A DNA stretch of 55,062 bases from NCBI GenBank assembly GCA_028291605.1, contig JAQGHS010000921.1, positions 1-55,062 on the forward strand, given 5' to 3'. The notes beneath the pieces are model-generated. The model searched no databases, was not told where the DNA came from, and was given only the letters and a program-made list of their open reading frames with translations. Origin of the DNA: Planctomycetaceae bacterium (GTDB taxonomy: Bacteria > Planctomycetota > Planctomycetia > Planctomycetales > Planctomycetaceae). Position numbers and translations under genes: made by a program. Positions 25,858-33,413 of the stretch are shown here, in pieces (positions within the stretch are counted from its first letter, which is position 1; every line of letters starts with the position of its first letter).

Positions 25858-26763
25858 ATGTTATCCAACAATCAGAAACTCATCGCCGTCATCGGCGCCA
25901 CAGGACATCAAGGCGGTGCAGTGGTACGTGCCCTGCAAGCGAGCGGCCAATTTAAGGTCCGCGCTCTGAGCCGCAATCCGGTTAAACATCGCGACCTCGC
26001 GGATGAAGTCGTCGAAGCGGACTTGAATCGTCCGGAAACCCTTCAACCAGCTTTTGCGGATGCGCATGGCGTATTTTTAGTCACCAGCTCTTCACTAGCG
26101 GGTACCGACGAATTCACGCAGGGAACGGCGGCGGTAGGCGCAGCCAAAGCTGCGGGGGTTAAACACTTTGTTTGGTCCACTCTGCCAGATGTAGAAGCGA
26201 TCAGCGGCGGTAAATTCGACGTTCCCCACTTTACGCGCAAGGCGAAGGTCGATCGCGTGGTCATGGAAGCCGGGTTTGCGAATCATACGTTCGTCATCGC
26301 GCCGTTTTTCTATCAGAACCTCGCAGGTGCCATGGCTCCTCAAAAGCAGGCAGACGGATCCATGGGCTGGGCGCTCCCGCTCGATCCGAGTGTGCGTTGC
26401 ATTCACATGGGCGACATTCGCGAACTCGGTCCCATCGTCGCGGGAGCCTTCGCCCATCCGGATCAGGCCGGCCAGGGCGAGTATCTGCCCCTCGTCGGTG
26501 ATTTCATGGGCTTCAATGAGATCGTCGACGAGCTTAATCGACAGGGTCACAACTTCTCCTTCACGCAGGTTCCGGCGGACGTCTTCGCCACTTTCTTCCC
26601 TGGAGCTGCGGAGATCGCCGCAATGCTCAGGTACTTCGAAGCGCATACCTACTTGGGTTCGGATTCGTCCGACCGCATTGCGCTCGCGAACAAAATAGCA
26701 GGCCGGCAGCCGACCAAGTTTTCGACGTGGGCTCGACTGAATGTCCCGGTCCAGAACCCCTAA
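25858..26763 (+). CDS. NmrA-family NAD(P)-binding protein
   Basis: Reads KLIAVIGATGHQGGAVVRALQASGQFKVRALSRNP... (NmrA/HSCARG pattern). The ATG at 25858 is preceded by AAGGAG with a 6-nt spacer. Confidence 0.88.
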   Translation: MLSNNQKLIAVIGATGHQGGAVVRALQASGQFKVRALSRNPVKHRDLADEVVEADLNRPETLQPAFADAHGVFLVTSSSLAGTDEFTQGTAAVGAAKAAGVKHFVWSTLPDVEAISGGKFDVPHFTRKAKVDRVVMEAGFANHTFVIAPFFYQNLAGAMAPQKQADGSMGWALPLDPSVRCIHMGDIRELGPIVAGAFAHPDQAGQGEYLPLVGDFMGFNEIVDELNRQGHNFSFTQVPADVFATFFPGAAEIAAMLRYFEAHTYLGSDSSDRIALANKIAGRQPTKFSTWARLNVPVQNP

Positions 26764-26833
26764 ATGCAACCATTCGCTCAATGCGAGTCGAACTTATAAA
26801 ATCCCCTCTGTCGGTTAACGAGGGAGGTGAATC

Positions 26834-27238
26834 TTGCTCGATCACGTCATCATAACCGCCAAGGATCTTGATCGATCGATTGCTTTTTATGAGACGGCTC
26901 TCAAGCCGCTCGGCATCGTGCATGCCCTCGATTACGACGGCAAGAATGGCCCCGAGGGGCATCCCGACCTCAAGGGCTTCGGACGGGACGGCCGCGCATT
27001 CTTCTGGCTCAAGCAGGGCGATGCCGACGCCAGGGCCGCGCATACCGGATTTGTCGCCAAGAGCGAGGCCGACGTGAAAGCGTTCTACGAGGCAGCCATG
27101 GCGGCGGGCGCGACCGACAATGGCAAGCCCGCCGCGCGCCTGTATTACGATCCCCGTAATTACGCTGCGAACGTTTTCGATCCCGACGGTTACAGTCTCG
27201 AGGCAGTCTACAAGAGCTGGCAACACCGCCCAGCATAG
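26834..27238 (+). CDS. VOC-family (glyoxalase/bleomycin-resistance/dioxygenase fold) protein
   Basis: 134 aa: LDHVIITAKDLDRSIAFYETALKPLG...DPDGYSLEAV. It has a TTG start with GGAGG 6 nt upstream. Confidence 0.85.
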   Translation: MLDHVIITAKDLDRSIAFYETALKPLGIVHALDYDGKNGPEGHPDLKGFGRDGRAFFWLKQGDADARAAHTGFVAKSEADVKAFYEAAMAAGATDNGKPAARLYYDPRNYAANVFDPDGYSLEAVYKSWQHRPA

Positions 27239-27279
27239 CGCCTCGAAATTTCCAAGAGCCCCGATCTGTGGAGGAATAT

Positions 27280-27846
27280 ATGATTAGGATTGCCATCATC
27301 ATCGGAAGCACGCGGCCCGGTCGCAACGGCGGGGCCGTGGCCAAATGGGTTTACGAAATCGCGCAACAGCGTAGCGACACCGAGTTCGAACTCGTGGACA
27401 TCAATGACTTCAACCTGCCGCTCCTCGACGAGCCGGCTCCGCCGTCAATGGGGCAATACTCCAAGGAGCACACCAAGACTTGGGCGGCAAAAATTGATTC
27501 ATTCGACGGCTACGTGTTCGTGACGCCGGAATATAACCACGGCATCTGCGGAGCCCTGAAGAATGCGATCGACTTCCTCTTTCGCGAGTGGAACAACAAG
27601 GCGGCTGGCTTTGTGGGCTACGGCGGTGCCGGTGGTGTGCGCGCCGTGGAGCATCTGCGGCTGGTGATGGCCGAGGTGCAAGTCGCGACAGTGCGCAATC
27701 AGGTCGCTCTGTCGCTCTTCACTGACTTCGAGAATTACACCAACTTCAAGCCGGCGGCACATCATGAAAACTCGGTGAACCAGATGCTCGATCAGCTGAT
27801 TGCCTGGAGCGGCGCCTTGAAGACGCTGCGCGTTACCGTCCATTGA
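27280..27846 (+). CDS. NADPH-dependent FMN reductase family oxidoreductase
   Basis: Reads MIRIAIIIGSTRPGRNGGAVAKWVYE...YVFVTPEYNHGICGALKNAIDFL. The ATG at 27280 has GGAGG 5 nt upstream. Confidence 0.9.
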   Translation: MIRIAIIIGSTRPGRNGGAVAKWVYEIAQQRSDTEFELVDINDFNLPLLDEPAPPSMGQYSKEHTKTWAAKIDSFDGYVFVTPEYNHGICGALKNAIDFLFREWNNKAAGFVGYGGAGGVRAVEHLRLVMAEVQVATVRNQVALSLFTDFENYTNFKPAAHHENSVNQMLDQLIAWSGALKTLRVTVH

Positions 27847-28052
27847 GCGGCGACGCTTGATTGCTCGGTACGGTGAAAGAGACCCAGATCAAAGCAGAAT
27901 GCCATCGGTTCATGCACCTCCGGGATTGTGTAGAGCGGGAATGGAACCGCTCTGGTCGCGTGCCTGCTTGAGGATTGCGCCGAGAGGCAAAGGGCTCACG
28001 CTGGAAGGACTAGCGAACGCTCTGCGAAGTCGCTTAAGAAAACTACGTTCTA

Positions 28053-28095
28053 AATAGGGCTCTCCGGGAATTCGATGAGGGCCCTTATTTTGTTC
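28053..28095 (+). terminator. possible intrinsic terminator closing the marR-to-FMN-reductase operon
   Basis: AATAGGGC (28053-28060) pairs with GCCCTTATT (28081-28089), with a one-base bulge and a 20-nt loop, and is followed by TTTTGTT. It lies about 200 nt after the stop at 27846, so the assignment is weak. Confidence 0.3.
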
Positions 28096-28355
28096 GTTCA
28101 ACCGAACTAGAATTAAGTCAAGCCCCAAATTCGGTCGGCTGACGTTCGGTTTCTCGATACCGCACTGAATCGACTCAGTCGTACGAGAATCGAGAAAGGG
28201 AGGACGCGTGCCATGGGCGGTGAACGCCGATGGTATTGAAACCTACCAGGATGGCTCCCAACGAAGGACTCGACTTTGCCGCTTCCCTGACATCGCGCTC
28301 AACGAAGAACCTGCCCGCAGGTACGCTAAGATTCCGAGTCGCTGGAGGCATTCTC

Positions 28356-30905
28356 ATGACAACTCAGTTGGCGCAAGAACTCACCAAACTGAAACACGGC
28401 GATCACATTTGCTCGATCTATGAAAACGCCGCCGAGCAGTTAGCCGTGATCGTTCCATTCATCATTGAAGGGATCAACCAAGGAGCGCGTTGTCTCTATA
28501 TTGCGGACGAACGAACGATCGAAGAAGTCGCTCAGTCCCTTTCAGCGGCGGGCGTGAATATCGAGCATGAACGCCGGCGCGGTGCCTTGCGGTTACAAAC
28601 CAGCCAGGAAATCTTTCTTCGCACTGGGGAATTTGTTCCCCAGGCCATGAGTGACGTTGTCCATCAAGCGGAGGTTGAAGCGCTCGCTGACGGTTTTTCC
28701 GGTCTGCGGCTGGCGGGCGAAATGACCTGGGCGCTCGAAGCGGATCCAGATTGTGATCGATTGATCGAGTTCGAGGCGCTCTTCGATCACTTGCTCACCA
28801 ATAGCAAGTCAGTGGTCCTGTGTCAGTACAATCATTCGCGTTTCGACGCGCCGTGCATTCACGACGTTGTTCGCACCCACCCGCTCGTCATTCTCGGTGA
28901 TCAGATCTGTCCCAATCCCTATTACGAATTACCGGAAATGGTCTTACGACAGGACCAGGCAGGGACAACTCCCGAATTCAAACAACAGCGGGTAGACTGG
29001 TGGATCACCCAATTAAAAAGGACGAACACGGCTGAGCAAGACCGGGAGCGTGCCCTGGAAAAGCTCAAGCAAAGCGAACGACGATTTGCCGAGGCCCAAA
29101 GTGCCGCACACATTGGCAGTTGGGAACGGGACTTACGCACCAATGAGGTTACGTGGTCCGACGAACTCTACCGCATATTTGGCCTGATCCCGAACGAGGT
29201 CGAGCTCTCCTATCAGTTGTTCCTGAAATCGCTCTTCCCGGAAGACTTGTCGCGGATTTGCGTACTAGGGGAAGAGGCAATTCGCGAGCACCGGCACTTT
29301 AGTTGTGATTACCGAATTGTTCTCGCGGACGGCAGCATCCGTGTGGTGCATGACCAGGGAGGCGTCATCCTGAACGAGGCAGGCGAGCCTATACGCCTCG
29401 TTGGAACGGCTCAAGACGTCACCGAGCTGCGACAGGCGGAGCAGGAGTTGAAACGGCAAAAGGTGATCCTCCAGACCATCTTCGACGAAATTCCGATGAT
29501 GATCAATTTTGTCGATTCGGCCGGCCGGGTGCAGTTGATCAACAAGCACTGCGAACGCGTGCTGGGCTGGTCCCTGGAGGAGGCCCAGTCTCGCGACCTG
29601 GTGCCCGAGTGCTATCCCGATCCCGAATATCGGGAAAGCGTGATGGCGTACATTCGACATCCGACAGCCGGAGTGAAGGAACTCAAGATCCGCACGCGCG
29701 ACGGCCGGATGATCGACACATCCTGGATTGTGACCTGGTTACCCGATGGCACGCATATTTGGTTTGGGCAGGATATCACGGAGCGCAAAAGTGCCGAGAT
29801 GATCTTGCGACAAAGCGAGGAACGCATCAATCTGGCCGTTCAAGCGGCTGATCTCGGCATCTTCGAGCACGACCACCAAACGGAAACCGTTTACTGGTCG
29901 CCGATCATGCGCTCGATCTTTGGGTGGGGAGCAAAGGCAGCGGTTTCAGTGCGGGCTTTTTTCGATCTGATTCACCCCGAAGATCGGGAAAGAATTGTCG
30001 CCGCAATTCACCAAGCCCACTCCTCGAGCGGCGACGGCCTTTATCGAGTTGAGCACCGCATAGTCCGGCCCGATGGCGGCATTCGCTGGGTCAGCATCAG
30101 CTCTCGAACGTTGTTCGAGGACGGTGGTGATGCGCGACGTCCGGTCCGTACCGATGGTATCGTGGCGGACATTACCGGGCGCAAGCGTGCCGAACAGGAA
30201 ATTCGTGAGTATTCCGAGAGCGTTCAAGCGCTCTCTCGCCGGCTCCTCGAAGTCCAGGAGGCGGAGCGGCGCCACCTGGCCCGCGAATTGCACGACGAGT
30301 TCGGCCAGATCCTGGCAACCATTACGTTGCACCTCCATGCGGCGCGGGGACTGGCCGGACCAGCCGCGCATCCCCGCCTGGACGAATGCGCCGCGCTCCT
30401 GCAGCAAGCGGGGGAGCAGGTGCGAAGCTTGGCGCTGGAACTGCGCCCGACCATGCTTGACACCCTCGGGCTAGAAGCGACCCTGCATTGGCTCGCCGAG
30501 CAGCACCAGCAGCGGACTGGCTGTGACGTACAGGTCGTGGGCCACCTTTCCGAGGCGGTGCCCTCTCCGGAGATCGCGATCGCTTGCTTCCGAGTGGCGC
30601 AGGAGGCGCTGACGAACGTCGTGCGGCATGCCACGGCACGACATGTCTGGATCGAGTTGAACCAGACGGAGAGTGTTCTGGAACTCGTCGTCCGCGACGA
30701 CGGTATAGGATTCGACTTGATTCCCACTCAAGAGCAGGCTGCCAAGCGCGGGCGCCTCGGCCTGCTGGGGATGGCGGAACGTATTCAACTTCTTGGAGGC
30801 AGTCTTCTGGTAAAATCGGAACCAGGTCATGGAACACAGATCAGTACTTCGTTCCCATTAAGCAGAATCTCCGAACAGCCGGAGAAAACGGAGGAGCAAG
30901 TGTAA
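28356..30905 (+). CDS. sensor histidine kinase: MEDS domain, multiple PAS, HisKA_3, HATPase_c
   Basis: The N-terminus LKHGDHICSIYENAAEQLAVIVPFIIEGINQGARCLYIA is MEDS-like. Several PAS repeats follow (...WSDELYRIFG..., ...YWSPIMRSIFGW...). The HisKA_3 H-box is LHDEFGQILATI and the ATP lid is GLLGMAERIQLLGG. The ATG at 28356 has GGAGG 7 nt upstream. Confidence 0.9.
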   Translation: MTTQLAQELTKLKHGDHICSIYENAAEQLAVIVPFIIEGINQGARCLYIADERTIEEVAQSLSAAGVNIEHERRRGALRLQTSQEIFLRTGEFVPQAMSDVVHQAEVEALADGFSGLRLAGEMTWALEADPDCDRLIEFEALFDHLLTNSKSVVLCQYNHSRFDAPCIHDVVRTHPLVILGDQICPNPYYELPEMVLRQDQAGTTPEFKQQRVDWWITQLKRTNTAEQDRERALEKLKQSERRFAEAQSAAHIGSWERDLRTNEVTWSDELYRIFGLIPNEVELSYQLFLKSLFPEDLSRICVLGEEAIREHRHFSCDYRIVLADGSIRVVHDQGGVILNEAGEPIRLVGTAQDVTELRQAEQELKRQKVILQTIFDEIPMMINFVDSAGRVQLINKHCERVLGWSLEEAQSRDLVPECYPDPEYRESVMAYIRHPTAGVKELKIRTRDGRMIDTSWIVTWLPDGTHIWFGQDITERKSAEMILRQSEERINLAVQAADLGIFEHDHQTETVYWSPIMRSIFGWGAKAAVSVRAFFDLIHPEDRERIVAAIHQAHSSSGDGLYRVEHRIVRPDGGIRWVSISSRTLFEDGGDARRPVRTDGIVADITGRKRAEQEIREYSESVQALSRRLLEVQEAERRHLARELHDEFGQILATITLHLHAARGLAGPAAHPRLDECAALLQQAGEQVRSLALELRPTMLDTLGLEATLHWLAEQHQQRTGCDVQVVGHLSEAVPSPEIAIACFRVAQEALTNVVRHATARHVWIELNQTESVLELVVRDDGIGFDLIPTQEQAAKRGRLGLLGMAERIQLLGGSLLVKSEPGHGTQISTSFPLSRISEQPEKTEEQV

Positions 30906-31558
30906 TGCCTGACATTCGTGTCGTGCTCGTGGACGACCACAAGCTCTTTCGGGCGGGGATTCGTTCGTTGCTGCAGGGGCTCAGCGGAGTGGAAGTCGTC
31001 GCCGAAGCGGGCGATGGCCGCGAGGGCCTCCGCCTGATTGAGGCACTCCTGCCCGACATCGTATTGATGGACATCATGATGCCCGGCCTCAATGGGTTGG
31101 ATGCAGCGGCACGGGTGGCGCGCATCAGCCCCGCCACACGGGTGATCATGCTGTCCATGAACGCCGACGGAGACTGTGTGTTGCAGACGCTGCGCGCCGG
31201 TGCGGCTGGATATCTTGTCAAGACCGCAGATCCGGCGGAGCTCGAACTGGCAATCCGGGCTGTCAATCGAGGCGAGATATTTCTCAGTTCGGCGATTTCA
31301 CAACACATCGTCGCCGCCTGCCTGGGGCAGATAAATTTGGAGCAGACGTCACTGGAGCGACTGACACCCCGTCAGCGGGAGGTGCTGCAATTGATCGCGG
31401 AAGGTCGCTCAACCAAGGAAATCGCCAAAGAGCTGTGTATCGGTGTCAAAACCGCGGAGACTTATCGCGGAGAACTGATGAAAGCACTCGACATCCACGA
31501 CATCGCCAGCCTGACACGCTACGCCATCCGTAAGGGAGTTGTGGCTCCTGATGCGTGA
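30905..31558 (+). CDS. NarL/FixJ-family response regulator (REC plus LuxR-type HTH)
   Basis: Reads MPDIRVVLVDDHKLFRAGI...VLMDIMMPGLNG ... LTPRQREVLQLIAEGRSTKEIAKELCIGVKTAETYRGELMKAL. Its ATG overlaps the kinase stop (TAATG at 30903-30907). Confidence 0.93.
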   Translation: MPDIRVVLVDDHKLFRAGIRSLLQGLSGVEVVAEAGDGREGLRLIEALLPDIVLMDIMMPGLNGLDAAARVARISPATRVIMLSMNADGDCVLQTLRAGAAGYLVKTADPAELELAIRAVNRGEIFLSSAISQHIVAACLGQINLEQTSLERLTPRQREVLQLIAEGRSTKEIAKELCIGVKTAETYRGELMKALDIHDIASLTRYAIRKGVVAPDA

Positions 31559-31758
31559 CCCGGTTCCTCGCTGGCCCCTGGGATCTGAATCGCCTCCTCG
31601 GCTCATGCGCCAGATGACTCACCCGTTTCCTGCCAATTTGTAACTCCGCAGCACCATTCCCGTGTCGAGCGATAATGTATCGCGCTCACCTGGGTTTTTT
31701 CCGGCATTACCCCCGGGGTTTTCCTGAGATATTCTCGGGAAGCGTGTGCGATAATAGG
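31475..31758 (+). repeat. copy A of a roughly 285-bp duplicated segment (last 27 codons of the NarL-type gene plus about 200 bp of 3' flank)
   Basis: Aligns without gaps over the first 165 nt with 32860-33024, at roughly four out of five positions by eye. Examples are CTGATGAAAGCACTCGACATCCACGACATCGCC vs CTGATGAAAACCCTCGATATCCACGACATCGCA, and CTCGGCTCATGCGCCAGATGACTCACCCGTTTCC vs CTCGGCTCATGCGGCGGATTACTCATCCGTTTCC. Similarity is weaker but still recognisable to about 31758 / 33142. Confidence 0.8.
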
Positions 31759-31899
31759 TTTGCCGAAGGACTGCAACAAAATATTCCCGGTCCTAATCAG
31801 CCGACTTGGCGTTGGGGATAGGTGCGATCTGGGTGGTGGGTCAGTTTGAATCGGCTGACCACACTGATCGATTGAGAAAACGTTGGACTGAGCACATCC

Positions 31900-32382
31900 A
31901 TGAGATCGCACACACCGCAGTTCCTGCCTACTTCCTTCGCACTCGTGGTGGCCACAATAGTGCTGGTGGCCGGCGTATTCCTTGACATCGACCTGTTGCC
32001 AGGAATCGGCGTCATAGGTATCGAGCCGAGCGAGGCGGGCGAAGTGATGGCTGCCTTCTTCCTGGTCGTGGCCGCGTTTTTGGTTGATCACATCGTCTCG
32101 CGTGAGCGGGGGCATGCAGAAGTGCTACAGGCTGAGCGACTGCGCGTTGTTCACGTGACCATGAGAACGGTACAAGACATCGTCAATAATGCGCTCAATC
32201 AGTTGCAGTTCGTTCGGCTCGAAGCTGAAGAAGCCCACGTATCTCAGGACGTGCTGGCGCTGTTCGATGAGACAATTCAGGACACGGTCGCGAAGTTGAG
32301 GGAGTTGGGCGACCTTGAAACCTACGTGGAGACTCAAATGGGGATTGGGACCGGTCTGGCAAGTGGGGCGCATTCAAGCTGA
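31900..32382 (+). CDS. hypothetical membrane-anchored helical protein
   Basis: 160 aa with two hydrophobic helices (FALVVATIVLVAGVFL; VMAAFFLVVAAFLV), then an amphipathic helical region (ERLRVVHVTMRTVQDIVNNALNQLQFVRLEAEE...). I prefer it over the overlapping antisense ORF 31603-32115, whose composition is not protein-like. No clear SD. Confidence 0.45.
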   Translation: MRSHTPQFLPTSFALVVATIVLVAGVFLDIDLLPGIGVIGIEPSEAGEVMAAFFLVVAAFLVDHIVSRERGHAEVLQAERLRVVHVTMRTVQDIVNNALNQLQFVRLEAEEAHVSQDVLALFDETIQDTVAKLRELGDLETYVETQMGIGTGLASGAHSS

Positions 32383-32546
32383 TCCACTACCGAACATTGC
32401 AAACTGACCCACCACCGCGATCTGAAGTGTGTTGCATTCGCGCAATGGGGAGCGTTCACGCTCGATTTTTACGCCTAAACACTGGTTTCCATCAAAATCA
32501 GCCGCCACATCCGGCTTCGCACCCGAAATCCAGTTGGTAAACAGTC

Positions 32547-32810
32547 ATGGAGCAAGATGAATCAACCACTGACACTTGGGCTGCTCTTCGTCAACGAATC
32601 ACTGAAATCGTCCTGGGAAAAATTCCCCAGTTCAGACGCGAACCGCTCGACGTTGTAGACGTGATTCACAATCGATTCCCCGAGTGGAAGTGGCTCGAAA
32701 TCGCGGCTTGGATGGACGGGTCAATAACTCCTACTGATGTGCAGCGACACGCAATCAGTCACTGGGTGGATTCTCTCGTTGATCCAGAGTCCAACGCTTC
32801 GTCGAAATGA
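32547..32810 (+). CDS. hypothetical small protein
   Basis: 87-aa ORF with an ATG start and no recognisable family. The coding call rests only on ORF length and a plausible composition. Confidence 0.3.
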   Translation: MEQDESTTDTWAALRQRITEIVLGKIPQFRREPLDVVDVIHNRFPEWKWLEIAAWMDGSITPTDVQRHAISHWVDSLVDPESNASSK

Positions 32811-32859
32811 ACCCACAGGGCTGGCATGAAACTGGTCAAGTCTCTTTCCCGTGTTTCCA

Positions 32860-32973
32860 CTGATGAAAACCCTCGATATCCACGACATCGCAAGACTGAC
32901 ACGCGACGCTTTCCGTAAGCCGGTTGTCGCTCCCGACGCCTGGCCGGATTCTTCGCTTGTCCTTGAGATGTGA
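32860..32973 (+). pseudogene. relic of the C-terminus of a NarL/LuxR-type response regulator gene
   Basis: Translates as LMKTLDIHDIARLTRDAFRKPVVAPDAWPDSSLVLEM*, compared with ELMKALDIHDIASLTRYAIRKGVVAPDA* at the end of the intact gene (31475-31558). No upstream REC or HTH coding sequence remains. Confidence 0.75.
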
Positions 32974-33142
32974 ATCACCTACTCGGCTCATGCGGCGGAT
33001 TACTCATCCGTTTCCATCTAATAGTGATTCATCAGCCCAATTCCAGTCTTAAGGGACAAAATAGCGCACTCATCAGGGGTTTTTCCGCCATCACCCCTGG
33101 AGTTTCCCTGTGAGCGTCATCGGGGGCTATGCCCAATAATAC
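32860..33142 (+). repeat. copy B of the roughly 285-bp duplicated segment
   Basis: See copy A (31475-31758). It lies about 270 bp upstream of the hybrid kinase gene that starts at 33414. Confidence 0.8.
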
Positions 33143-33413
33143 TTCTGGATCTCGATTCTAATCTTCAGCAATCTCGACGTGGTCAAAATGCCGGACCAAC
33201 GCTCGCCAATCAGGGGCGAACCTGTCCCCTGTCGGTTGAAAGCCGATCCCGGCAAAAGCCACTCCATGATTTCGGTAAGTCTCGGTGGTGGGCAACACCT
33301 TTGGTAGCCGATTGGAGGGCCTTGTACCGTAGTGCTCCAGTGATGGCTGATCCATAGATCATGAATCGAGGAGAGGATATTGACAGCCTCCTGGAATAAC
33401 CAAGGAATCGTAC

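Noticed and set aside
26095-27226. Minus-strand ORFs 26095-26781 (228 aa) and 26627-27226 (199 aa).
   Set aside because: They are antisense to the NmrA-family and VOC genes, which have strong SD sites and clear family motifs.
31603-32115. 170-aa minus-strand ORF overlapping the start of the 31900-32382 gene and the duplicated flank.
   Set aside because: The composition (His/Cys/Gln/Arg-rich, with no hydrophobic core pattern) is not protein-like. The plus-strand alternative has clear TM helices, though the locus remains uncertain overall.
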